Source: Marsupella aquatica (lineage: Eukaryota; Plantae; Marchantiophyta). Taken from it: 64,000 nt of DNA. The stretch covers positions 18,156,357 through 18,220,356 of the forward strand of contig OZ316892.1 in assembly GCA_973895155.1 (NCBI GenBank). The letters are read 5' to 3'. The position numbers and the translations under genes were made by a program. Position 1 is the stretch's first letter. Each line of letters opens with the position of its first letter. Below are positions 13,050 to 25,494 of this stretch, piece after piece. Below the pieces are notes generated by a model that worked only from the letters and a program-made list of their open reading frames with translations, was not told the DNA's origin and searched no databases.

Positions 13050-13860
13050 TCAGTGCACTAGCCCAATGCCTCTGCGTTGCACAAAAGTTGTCGAGGTGAA
13101 AAAAGTTGTCGAGGTGAAGAAAAAATGTTGGTGTGAAAAGAGTTGTCGATAAGAGAAAAAGATGTCGAGGTGAGGTTGTCATTTTGGTTATTATTGTGAG
13201 TGTGTTATTGTTCAGGAGGATGAAGGTGAGAACATGGAGATGCAAGATAGGTGACAGTGACAATTACATCACTGAGTGGTAGCATGATCACCCAAAAAAA
13301 TGATGTAATTTTTACTAAAATTAGAATTATTAATATTTTAAATACATAAATATATACATACTTGTGTTTTTAAATGGGGGGCAGGGAAATACAAAATTAT
13401 CTCACTTTATAGTATTCTCTATTTTTCCCTACCTTTTCATTCTTCTCTTCCTCAATTGTTGTTCCCCCTTTTTTTTCCCTCCATGCCAATTTCTCGCTAC
13501 CTTCTTCCTGATCTTTGGATAGTCCTTTATCTTTATATCTTTGTGAGATGCGAGTATAATATAATAACACACCCTTGTAGAGTTGTAGTACCCATGGGAA
13601 GTAAAAAGGACAGTGGCTGGTTTGTTCTTGCTCTCACATAGGATATTGCCACAATTGTTCTTGCTCTCACATAGGACATTGCAATGTAATTATGTCTTAT
13701 ATGTGTACCTTGACCACAAAATTAATAATCAAACGATTACAAAAAATCACCCAAACTATCTACCGGCTGTCATTTATTCCCGCCAAATATACATTTTGTA
13801 ACGGGTAGAAGGACTCAAATGAACGGGATTCAATATTATAGATGTAGATTGGAAATCATT
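13050..13860 (+). repeat. Dispersed repeat, copy A (unclassified non-coding TE-like family)
   Basis: Collinear with 37000-37885: 'ctagcccaatg.ct.tg.gtt..acaaaag', a (gtcgaggtgaaaa)n low-complexity tract, a CT-rich tract and 'gaaggact.aa.t....g.gattca.tattatag.tgtagat'. Confidence 0.65.
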
Positions 13861-14377
13861 TATACACCACCCAATAATTGCCTGGAAAACCACTTATGAA
13901 CTCCTCCATATGTGTTGTCAAGTCACTCACTCACCCTTATAACTCAAGCCCATCTCAAATTTTCTTGAAAGGGGCAGCTTGCTGGATGTCACTCTTTTAG
14001 AGCACTCCCTCTGCTGCCTTGTAAATGGAGTCTCTTCTGATGCAGGTGTTCCTTCCCCTTTACTGTACCCCATTATTTACAAGCTAAAGATGTAACTCTT
14101 CCTTGTCTGGACATGCAAGGGAGGAGTCCAATAAAATCTCATAAATTGGATCTTAGTCATTGTACAGGTACTCCAGGGCCACTCCCCGCCCACTTCTAGA
14201 ACATTGGAGTGGACTCCCAGACTAAAAAAAGGCAGGGCCGGGAAAAGCATTTCCAGATAGCGGACGCCTGTGGGAAACATTAGAAAATTTCCTTCTCCAT
14301 GAAAACTCTTTGTAAATTTTGGAGAAAACTAGCCGGGTTTTGTTCTTGCATTATTTAGCCAGTTGATGAGTCCGAGG

Positions 14378-15050
14378 CTGTTATGGTTATGGTATAAGAT
14401 CAATCTTTGTGGGAAGGTGACCCTACTACATAAATTTTTCGGTCATCAAATTTTGACAGTTTGAGACACCTTAATAATCTAGTTTTACACTAAACCCCTT
14501 ATGGTTATGGCATAAGACCAATCTTTATGGGAAAGTTACCCTCTTCTGTCATCAAATTTTGACATTTAAGACCCCTTAATAATTGAGTATTACATTTTTT
14601 GGTCATCAAATTTTGACTGTTTGAGACACCTTCATAATTGAGTTTTACACGAAACCCCTTATGGCATCTATTGCGCTTCAGCGGACACAGGCGTTCACTA
14701 TTCTTTGTAGGGGGGAGACTGTTGGTCTTATGGCCTCTAGTAGAATTCCTTTGCTTGATTCTCCCATGCAGTTCACACCGGAGCTATACAGACTCTCTCA
14801 AGTTTGCTGATCGGTAAGAGTTTGGGTCCCGGTCTTTGGGCTTGCTTTAGTTCTTTGTTTCTTTGATGTCTTACCTTTCTTGGCCCCTTGGTGGTCCCCC
14901 CTCCTTGATTGGGTCTTGTGCCTGAGGGATCAGGTTTCCCAGTTTGGCTCCCTCTGTTTTTTTGATATATACTTGTGGTTATACCAATCTTTATGGGAAA
15001 GTTACCCTAATTTTGACACTTGAGACCCCTTAATAATTGAGTATTACACG
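14378..15050. repeat. Tandem array of ~100-120-bp units, interrupted by a ~300-bp insertion
   Basis: Recurring 'ccaatctttatgggaaagttaccct...tcatcaaattttgaca...gagac.ccttaataattgagt.ttacac' on both sides of 14671-14970. Confidence 0.8.
14671..14970 (+). mobile_element. 5'-truncated copy of a dispersed repeat (probably a LINE 3' end)
   Basis: Closely matches the reverse complement of ~25495-25779 ('ttgcgcttca.cgg.caca.gcgttca...gtagggggagactgttggtctta.ggcctcta...ggccccttggtggtcccccc..ttgattgggtctt.tgcctgagg'). Confidence 0.7.
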
Positions 15051-16072
15051 GAACGGTCTACCGCAATGGGGTTCAGGGTCTGGGGTTTAGGGTTTAGCGC
15101 TAGCGGAGACCACAAAAACGCAACTCGCGACGACGAGTTTAGGGACCCAACACTCCTTCCACTAGTGTGATTTCAGTCCCAGTCGAACTGTTTCCTGGTT
15201 CTGTCACTGGATTTGGTCGCCAATTTGAGGCCGCTGCTCCCATGGCGGTGAATTTGTCCAGGGAAGAAGACGTTGACGAGCTGTGCCTTGATTTTCGTTG
15301 CACAATTGAAGGCCCTCTGCTTCCGTGACGGTGGATTTGTTCCGGGACGGAGATGTAAGTTGTCGAGCCACCAAACTGCCCGTACTGTGCTAGGTCGTCC
15401 CCATCATTCTCGAGTCCATGTTCTCAATGCACTCTAGTTCCGTTCCACGGATATGGTGAGGACGGTGCAGGATTTTGGGTTTAAGAGAATGCTTAGTACG
15501 AGCGCGCAATTCCTTACACCCCAGTCTTCCTTCCTAGAGCCTAATAAGATCTTACGGTCTTAAATTTCGTTTCGTTTTCGTCTTCGTTGTCTTGATTGTT
15601 TTGGATGGATGTCTTGCAAACGTTGCCGTGCAGCTGCGATGAAGAGCGAGGCGTGGTTTCGTTAACTGCTGTGGATCTAGTGTTGTCATTCTTCACCGAA
15701 CTGTTCACGGGAAACTTGGCTAGCTTTGTTAAGAAGCGCTCGTAGAGGAGCAATTCACCGACGATCACTTCGGCGCTAGTAACGAGTCCAGGGCCGATTG
15801 CACTCCGTTCCGTCAACAGCTTTGATTTCTGTGAAACTGGCACAATCCATCCTTTGCATCCGGGCCATTTTGCGTTTTGTCCTCTCGTGGATCGCGGCAG
15901 TAGTGGTTTAGCAACAGAGGGTTTAGGGGTTTTGCAAGGTCGAAGGCAGGACGGGAAGCTCTGTTAGGTCGTGGATAGCCCGGAATCGATACTGTAACTA
16001 AACAAGTGCATGTACTGTGCCCGTTGGCTGACCCGACTCTGAGATCCCTCCCTCTCTCTCCCTGGAATTCCA

Positions 16073-18232
16073 ATGGGCAAGCGAAAGGCTGAACAGGTAG
16101 AGCAGAAAGAGCAAGGTTTACAAGAACAAGAGAATGTATCCACTGATATTGACAGCGAGGAGGAGGACGAGGGAGAAGCCAGCAGTGACCTGAATGAAAG
16201 CGGAGAAGAAGGGAATCTTAGTTTGCTAGAGGAATCTGATGAAGAAGAAGTTTCAGACGGAGCTGAGGATGATGAATTTTCTGGCGGAGACGAGGAAGAG
16301 GGCGACCCTGTTAGTCAGGCAGAAGAGGAAGAGCACCAAGATGCCCAAGGTCCAACCGCCTTCAGTCGAGCTTTTGGAAAAATCATGAAGAAACGGGTGC
16401 CTGAGTCAGCAATCACAGAGATCTCGGTAACACTTCTAAATTGCATACATAGTTGGCTTTGACATTGCGTGGATGATGGCCCTGGTGAGTTGCTCATTGT
16501 CCAAACCTTTTGCAGGGTCCAGTATTGGCCGAAAGGAAGCAGCTCCTAGTCAAGAAATTTGAAGAAGCTGAGGCTGAAACGAAGGCGAAGATTAGCAACA
16601 AGGAGGAAAAGCGTGAGGTATCTGCCGTATATCCTCTGAATTAGTCATTACTTTTTTGTGTTAGTGTGTATTGTCAAGGAATTTTGATAGACAGAACTGG
16701 GATGTGGGTTTAGTATTGTCAATTGCTTAATTTACCCCAACTGTCACTTCTGAGATGTGCCGAAGTCGCTCAAGCCATAATTGAAGGTTATGTTACGTGT
16801 TCAACTCATACAACGTCTTTGGCCATGAGAGCTGCTTAATAGCAGCTATCTTCGTGGTAATGACTAAGAAGGGTATTGTTTATGATCCCACACAGTTGCG
16901 TGAAAAGGGGCATGTACTGCCTCTTACCTATACTGATGCCAAGGAGAAGGCGCTAATGAAGCTAGCCACTAAAGGAGGTCTGATTTCTGTAATTTCCTTC
17001 CTTAGCTGCATTTGGATGTCGACGCTATTGATATTTGTATCAGGCTCCCGTTGTAGTGTTCTAGTTGCTATTGATGATGTGGGGTGCATGCGATAAAGTG
17101 AACGCTGGTCGAGCTAAAATTCGTGTTGTGTTGTTTACTTATGGATCCTTGGACTCTGTGGTGACCGATTGAACACAGTTGTACGCCTTTTCAATGCTGT
17201 AAGATCTTACTCCTTTTTTGTCCTTAATGTAGTGATATAAATGTTCATTTCATGACAAGTTGTACAGTGGAGTGGTGAATTTCCCAGATTAATCCCTAAT
17301 CTGCTTTATATTAGTGTCCCAAGTATTGAAGATGGGTAACATTCCTTTAGATACTTCCTTCGTCTTCATGTAGCACTCACGGGGTTTCTGTTACTCCTGC
17401 AGGTGAGCAAGGCTCAAACAGTACAAGCAGACGCAGATATTTCATCTAGCAAAGCTGCAAAAGGTATGCTGTACGCAAATACACACAGAACATGAAGTGA
17501 TTCAGAACTTTCAATATATTAAGGAATCCTCTTCTACATAACTACGTGCTTCTTTGACAGCGCATGTCAAACAAAGGTCAGGCTGTCTGTAGTGCTTCTG
17601 ATGATGTTGTTGTGGGACTCGTGAAGTCGGCATAGAAGTACGGTTCAGAGCTATCACCTTTGGGACCAGCTGACTCTACTTATACGTCGAACATGAACAT
17701 GTCCATTCTGTCTGTAATATGGCGCGAAATTATGATTTGCTTCTTGACCTGATAAGACCTGTTCAGTCTTCTCTTCAATCATCATGAAGGTTTAAGGTTT
17801 GATCGTTGCCGTTATGCCTGATGCAGCTACATGGAAGCAGAGTAAAGCAGCCTTCATGACAGAACTCCGAGCACCTAAGAGTGAGTTGAAGGGAAAGCAA
17901 GCCGACCAAAATCCAGGGCAGGTAAAATATGACCAACCCTTACTATTTCTCAGTGTAAGCTCTCATTAGATTTCTCGGTGCACAATTAGATCGTCTGGGT
18001 GGCAGTATAAGGGTAGGAGGCACATACGAGGAAATGATGATCTCTTTCCTTTATGAAGTGGTATTTTGACTGAATCTGACAATGTTGTCTCCTTTACGCG
18101 AAGCAGGATGCAAACGAGGCAGAGCCTGGATGGGCAGCTCTGCGGACGGATTTTATGCTGGGAAAGTCCAAGAAATTCATGGATTGGGACAAAGGTGTTG
18201 GAGATTCTGGGCCAGTAACAGAGGGCGAGTAA
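16073..18232 (+). CDS. RRP15: RRP15-like pre-60S ribosome biogenesis protein
   Basis: Exons 16073-16426, 16516-16617, 16896-16977, 17179-17198 (20-nt micro-exon), 17403-17463, 17827-17921 and 18107-18232. Acidic N-terminus, then the Rrp15 core LREKGHVLP...KEKALMKLATKGVVRLFNAVSKAQ, SKAAFMTELR and GWAALRTDFMLGKSKKFMDWDK. Confidence 0.9.
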
Positions 18233-18949
18233 GAAGACCACTGTACATGATGCACACCACTCCAAGAAAGTCAAGAATTTGGAATAAAGCCATTGGAGAT
18301 TCTGGGCCAGTAACAGGGAGCGTGTAGAAGATCACTGAATATGATGCACACCAAGTGGAGCGGTTCATCTCAAGTTTGAGAATGTAGAATTGCCAGATAA
18401 CACGACATGCTGGCCAGTGTCCTAGTCAAAGGAGGTAGACAGATGGAGAAGAGTTCTCTACATATGTATTGATCCAATCTGCTGAGGATATGCAGATAGT
18501 CCGCCCATCTGACAGACGGCTGCCTATATGAAGGTTCGGATGATTGTTAGCCAATGGTTCAAGAGAGCGAGTTACCGGCTAACCTACAACATGCCCAGAA
18601 CTAATCGAAGCCTCCAGATTTATCATTGGGTTTCCTTTGTATTATGGACGCGAAATACATGAGGCTGAAAATAACTTTTGGAAAGCACAATATCTGTTGA
18701 AGATGGAAAGAAGTTTCTATGTGGTCCCCTACAGATAAACATTGAATTGCCGTAATAACACTCAGTTTGAGTGCCGTGGTAACGGCTTCCATGGACCGTA
18801 AATTCGCATTTCGTCAACATGAGCAGATCATTCAATATTCCAACTTGCATGCGCGAAAGTGATCAAAGCCAAGCTCGTGCCAGGTGAAATTGGCCGCATC
18901 TCAGTGTACATTACTGAGAAGAAAAAAGCAGATTGCTACAAAATGATAT

Positions 18950-21900
18950 TCAGTTGTCCAGAGTATCTTGTGCCTTCCTCTTCCCTCTCCTACCTTGAGC
19001 GAAGGAGGCCAAGCGCTCAACTGCTACTTTCAAATTTGCGGGTGGCATTGATGCATAACAAGCCCTAAAAAAACCAGGTTCGGTATAATGGCAAGCATTT
19101 CCTGCAAAGGAAACGTTTCCAAGTTGAATCAGTGCTCCCCTCTGAAAAAAAGGACCTTCATCGTTCTCACAGTTGTCATGCTATTCGATATTGAAAAGAG
19201 ATCTGATCCCAAATACTTGACCATGTCCAACACGAAGAAAACACTCTACAGCAGGCTTTTCAAGCCCATTTTGATCTAGGCGCAGTCGATCAAGAGAACC
19301 TCAACGTAAACCATATACAATACCAAAATAGCAGACGATTCACGTACCTGGGGTGAGGATGATGTGACACTTGTCTCTGATCTCTTTCCAAAGCTGATCT
19401 TCAGACTCAAAAGTGTCCTGTGAAACAAATCGACGCGAGGAAATCATGAGCCAGTAGCCACTTTCGGGTTTGTGAATCATCATGAAAATGTACTAACCAG
19501 TCCACACCTTGAAAATCAAGGGAGATTGTGGTCTATTAAATTACAAATTAAAAAATACTCCAACAGCTTCTGCGCACGTGATTGCCAAGTTTCAATGGTA
19601 GACCGAGGTTCAATGCCATGTCAGACAAGAGGCATTTTGCTCTACCTTACAACTTTACAACAGCGGTAAATCGAAATACCAAAGGAAGATGTAATTAACC
19701 TCTGATAATAGTTTTCGCAAATCCAGCCAACAGAACATGGCTGCGCATGCGGGCATATACTGGATGTTGGCCTCCTTTAAAACAGACGTAAAAAGCTCAT
19801 ACGAGTTTTTTAAGCGCCTTCAACCACAAATTTCAGGATGTCTCTTTAGCTCACAGCCAGACCCACAACCAGCCACAAGACAGCTTAATTGACAAAATTA
19901 ACTTCATGATAACCACAAGACATGAATACTCAGGAAGATAAGATTATTCTGGCCCATTTTGCGACCTGACTTTGAAATCAATCCAACTCTACTGAATTCC
20001 CTGAGTATTACTTTTTGCCTCCCAGTAGATCCATTTTTTCAAGTAGAAGACTGAACTGACCAACAAGATCTGAAAGACAAATGACAACTTTCCTTTGAAG
20101 TATAAGGAAACTTTGATAACTAGGGAAAACGGAAAGCAAAACAACTACAGTATAAGGGCAAAAGTTCAAAGCCAAGTCGGAACGTAGTATGCTGCCAGCT
20201 ATTCAAGAAAACGTGCGCTGCACAGTGAGAGAAGGTGCTCAAAGGAGTCCCCTTACATTGACGGTACAGGTGAGTAGGACAGACCTGTTGTTTTCACATA
20301 CATAATAATCGACAAAATCTTCATCTTCCAGCAATATGGAAAGTGCGTGCTGTGTGTCATTTGAAACTGCAGCAAACATACCCATGTTCTGCCAAAACTG
20401 CAGTACAGACAATTTTCTTCGGAGCTCAAACCCTATGAGTGAACAACAGCACACTTGCAATACAACGGCAAAACATACTTCCAGAAATCTCGTTGATACA
20501 TACATAAAAGATACAGCATGGCACTTCAATATCAAACGATCGCGTTGTACAGTGTTTTACACATCTAACAGAACGCGAAACCTGTAGAACACACATTTCA
20601 GGGTGTTTGAAAATTTTGATTTACCTCCTGCATGTATTTATTCCTCGTATGGATGCACCCAACACGAAAACCGCTCATTCCGAAATCCTTGCTCATGCCA
20701 TAAACTGTGTGCACCCTCTGTGCCACAACCTGATCCGACAAAAGGTTCTCTGAGACAGCAATACTGGCCACCTTCTCCATGCTAATGAACTCTATGGGCG
20801 ATACCCTGGAAATTTCAGACATGAAAACAATGAGTAAGTCCAGTGATAATCCAGACATGTTAAACGTGTAACACGTATTGCATGAATTAGCAGACATAGG
20901 ACAGTACAACTCTGCCCCGATTCCTGCAACTCAAAACATGACACTCTTTGTCCTTGATGACTATTTGATACAGCGCATAAATATTCTTGTAAAAGGAACC
21001 ATCAGGGTGGAGCATGGTTTTTTCTTGAAAGCTTGGCACAATTTGGTGAGATTGAGGAATTCCGGAAGGTAATGGCATGGAATCATAGACGACCTGTATT
21101 GCTGGTTAGTACTTTGCCAGTAAGAAAGGAACTTATTTTCTCGTTAAAGTTCTACAGTACTCTACATGGATCACATAAGCCATCAGATAGTTTCAATCTG
21201 GTATATTTCAGGTATATCAGTTCAATACCTCTGTTCATCTTCCCTATTGTAATAAATAAGTATGCAAATGCCTGGCAAAGAGCTACTGACTGGCAATTTC
21301 CTGGTAGAAGGCCATCAATCTGCAATATCTAACGGAGGGGAGCAGCCGCCGCTTAAATGACATACAAATAACCTATTGTGAACCTAAGATGGCAGTAACG
21401 TAAACTACGATGCCCCAATCACAAAAGCAAATGTCGTTATGACCGAGGATCTGTACACGCAATGTTTTGTTCAGAAATGTTCCAAAATTTAACTGAATCA
21501 TACCTCTCACATTTGGTAAGTCACGAATCTCTTAGTTGGGGTTGGACAATAAATATTTCAAATCTCCTTCCTACTAAGAAATAACAGAACATCGTAGTGG
21601 CATTCCAGGCTACTAATGAGCAGGATCATGGGAACGTGATTACCCAAACTTGGAATTTGCGTAGATTTCATCGCAGAGAACATGTAGTCCTCGATTTATA
21701 GCCCAGATCAGCAGCTCCTGTGAACAAGAAGAACTCTATTCTTTCAGTTTCATATGCCAGCACCCTGTCATCTGTCACTGAACACTCCATTTGAAGGACC
21801 TTAATCTCAAAAGCTCTAATATTTGAAGAAAATTAGCAAGATCACCTTCAGAGTGGACTCCGGGTAGAGGGTGCCTAGCGGATTGCCAGGGTTCGTGACC

Positions 21901-24682
21901 AACAAAATCCTGGGAGTTATGCCCTTTTTTTCAGCTGCAACTGCAGCACTCTCCATCTCGTCTGCTGTGGGAATATAGGTCCTAGTGTCTGATGGTTGAA
22001 CAGGTAGGGGTTGTACTTCATTCTGCAACGGTGCGAAAACGCGACGAGCCATCATAAGGCAGTTTATAAAACAACACGCTTGAGACCATAATAACTAGGG
22101 GCCCCATACATAGCAAGCACGTGGTGAAAATCGATCATGGAAGCTAGAATGTACGTTGCAATTAGAAACTGTATAAACCTAGCTGCCCCGTCTGAAGGCA
22201 TGTTACGAAGAACCAACTTTCAACGATAGAAAATCTATTCAGGTTTCAAAGTTCAGACAGACACTCGTCTCAAAGATATATTCCTTCCACATAGGCCCAT
22301 TTATTCTTACAAGTCTTCCAATATCTCCACACAGAGTGCGTCTTTGCAAGAATAGTACCAAATTTGTATAAAGAAGGTAAAAATGCTTTCAAGGGATAAT
22401 GCGGGCTCACTCGAATTTTTAGGTCATTGTCAAAGGCAGGAAAGTACGGTGCCGGAATAAGGCAGCCGTCATTAACATCACAGGTTGCAAAAATAAAAAG
22501 GTCCAACACCCTGTGAAACAAAATCAAAAGCTTTAGAACAATCCACTCCTTTGCAAAGCACACGGAAAATAAACTAAATATCATCGATCCCCAAGGCGGA
22601 AGCAAAACTATGGCCCCGATAGTTGACTCGTGCCCTCGGTCTACTCCGTTAGTGTAACAGAAAGACGTATTCAGCCAAAAGCAAACACACAGACACAATT
22701 CATGCATTACATAAGGATTCCTTCGAGGCATCGCAACTATTTGAGTTGAAATTAATGCCGAACACAAAAGAATATTGGTGTCCTATTTACTGATATTGAA
22801 TATTACTCAGGAAGACGGAAAATGGTATCATGGGTTCAAAACATACGAAATTTCGTACTGAGACTAATACAGCAGGTTCTGAAGACTCACGCAGTGACAC
22901 CGCTTGAAATGCAAAGATCGGACGGTTTAACCTGCAATGTACGGCAAATCTCTTAGGATTGGAGCAAGCAGTCTTGGCAGCTCTACTGTACAGGGAGGCC
23001 CATCAGGCGCAACAGCAATCGATATTCCTCTGCAGCAACAACTGTCAGCGTCGAGGATCACATGATAGTCTAAAAGAATCCATTTGCCACTCAATTTGCC
23101 TCCCAAGTAAATCTGAAAACCTCTAAATACAAAGCGAAGTAGAAGAAAAGGCTTGCAGAATCAAGGATCTGTGATAAATATCCAACCTTCACACCCATGA
23201 AGGTTCTCTCCATCATCCTCGCAAGTGCTGTTCGTAATCTGTCACCTCCCCTGAAGTTTTCATATAGGCCTACTGTATCTGGAACCTCTCTGCAGCTCCT
23301 GCAACTCAGATGCAGGGACCAAATCGTTCGAGTGACATTCTGGACAACGAAAACTGTGGACCGATCCCTAAAGATTCTGGAGGTAATAATAAGCAATTTC
23401 CATGTTGCTGCCAGCAGAGTGCTAGTGTTGTCCTGCTCCTACAGTTTATTGGACAACAGCTACAGCCTACAGTCTAGGCAAAAACAACCCCCTATAGTCT
23501 AACCTTACGAGAACACAGGATAAGATTCGCCAGATTGCTAACCAAAACGACAGCATACAAATCCAAATTCATGAAGGCTTGAACAGCTAATCGTGAATTA
23601 GAAGACATCATACAATTGTACTCACCGTATTTTATCATGTATAAGGTCGAACGACAGGACACTTTCCGCTGTTGCCATCTGCAACAAATGCGCAAACCCG
23701 TTTTATTTTACCAGACTAACTTCGCGTTGGTGTTAACTGACCCATTTGCCAGTTTCGAGTATATGCTTCGCAGAAAGTTCAGGTTTCTCAGAAATCCTTC
23801 AATTCTGGCTTAAGTTATTTTATTCTTTGTAGCCGTTGAAGCCGTGTACCCTTTTTTTGATGAATCATCCCTAGTTTGGGTCTTCCTGTTCAATATTGTA
23901 GCTAACACTACGTCCAAGGAACGGAACCGATGCTGAGTCTGATCGAGGCACACCTCCGCATATATCATCGTGCAATAACGGTATACCTTTAAGCCTTTGT
24001 TGACTTTCGTTTCCACAAAGCTCAACCATATCTAAATTTGACAGCGACGTCGTTGTTCGCCTAGTTTAACTCTCTCTGACCTTGTCCCCAATGACCGCTG
24101 ATAGCGATTATTTGACGGGAGAAAAATTCCTCAAAATGGTTAGGACACTCAGCTGCATGACGTTGCCTTGTCATCTGCCTAAGCTGTCTAGCTAAGGTTT
24201 CCCGGGAATTTCAGAAGGGAAGTAATTTACTCGCAAAAATGACGATAAAACGAAGAAGCAACACTACTGTTCTGTACAAAACTCTGTCAATTGAATATTT
24301 GAATGCCGCAACCACAGAGAGTAAATATTTCTTGTAATATCCTAACACATGGCTGTAAACTCCATAACGCAGCTCCCAATTACACCACGTTTTCCAGTCC
24401 CTCAGTGCGCAAGTAATGTTCGGATTCATTCATCCCAATTGACAAGCATAGAACAACACACGGAAAGGCTAGGCGCAGCTGACTCACAAGGAAGTAACCA
24501 TCTGGCTTGGTAGGCGACCATTGGTTGCCTTTGGCTTCGTTGACGGCTTGGATGTAAGAAGAGAAAGGGGTAAGCGCTTTGCTTCCCCGCTTAGACAGAC
24601 CGTGGCTCAGTCGCTGGCTCCCGTTCTTATGAACTTCGTCAGCAACAGCCTCATGATGCACCAGGGCCCCATTCTTCAACAT
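18950..24682 (-). CDS. ACC synthase-like (ACS-like/ACL) PLP-dependent class I/II aminotransferase-fold enzyme
   Basis: Twelve phase-consistent exons: 24682-24488, 23678-23626, 23298-23187, 22931-22891, 22510-22411, 22022-21846, 21717-21644, 20805-20625, 20397-20285, 19817-19700, 19417-19348 and 19101-18950. Motifs: LIPAPYFPAFDNDL, LVTNPGNPLGT, HVLCDEIYA, PLP-lysine YGMSKDFGMSGFRVG, MFCWLDLR and LTPGNACHYTEPGFFRACYA. Confidence 0.92.
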
Positions 24683-25281
24683 TATGAAGAAAATGTCTCT
24701 TCCCCGCCTGTACGTCAATTTTTGCCCCCTCTCTCCTCAATCCTTCGATGTCATCCCTCTTCGGCTCTTCTCCCCCCTCCTCTATTCCTGCCTACTCCCT
24801 CGCTCCCCTCCGCTTCGAACTCAATTGCGGGATGGATCGATTAATTCCCCGACACAGCAATCATCAGACGTCACAAAATCCATTAGCCCTGATGAAGTAG
24901 GCTCTCCGGCCGAGCTGACTCCAGTACACTACACTGCACCATACGAATATCGACAAAGGGAGCGGCATTCAGACCTTCGAGTGCCTCTCACCGCACCGCA
25001 CCGCACCGCACCGCACAACTCCATATCCAACTTGGGAAAACAATATCGAAAAGCCGAAAAGGAACGCTGCCGTCACACGCTCGACCATTCATGGACGCTG
25101 TCACCGAACTGCGCTACACTACACTTCGGAGCTCGGACTACGGAGGCACCGGCGGCCCACCGCAATCATGAAGGGGGAGGGAATGTCAAAGTAAGTGAAC
25201 AATTATTTCGCGGAATCGGGGCTGGCTCTGGTGTGGCGCGGAGTTCGACGCGGCCTGCTGTATGTTGACTTCGGATAGAAT

Positions 25282-25397
25282 CCACAATTGTGCTGAAGAG
25301 GAAGATCGTCAGATCGAGGTGTGACTTTGCCCAAAACACAATTACAATTGTGCTGAAGATGAAGATCGAGATGTGACTTTGCCCAAAACACAATTAT
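25282..25397. repeat. Short tandem duplication, ~55-60 bp
   Basis: 'acaattgtgctgaaga.gaagatcg...ga.gtgtgactttgcccaaaacacaatta' occurs twice, upstream of the ACS-like gene. Confidence 0.8.
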
Positions 25398-25494
25398 GAC
25401 GAAGCGGAGGGAGAGAGACAGAGAGACAGAGGAAGAACGATGGAGATGTGTCTTTGAACAAAATACAATACCAACGAAGCAGACTGAGAAAAAA

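Noticed and set aside
15082-15097. Telo-box/telomeric gggtttagggtttag upstream of RRP15
   Set aside because: It fits a ribosome-biogenesis promoter, but lies ~1 kb from the ATG next to repeat-derived DNA; too weak to call.
15140-15167. CACTA-like terminus (…ttccactagtg)
   Set aside because: No matching opposite TIR or transposase was found in the window.
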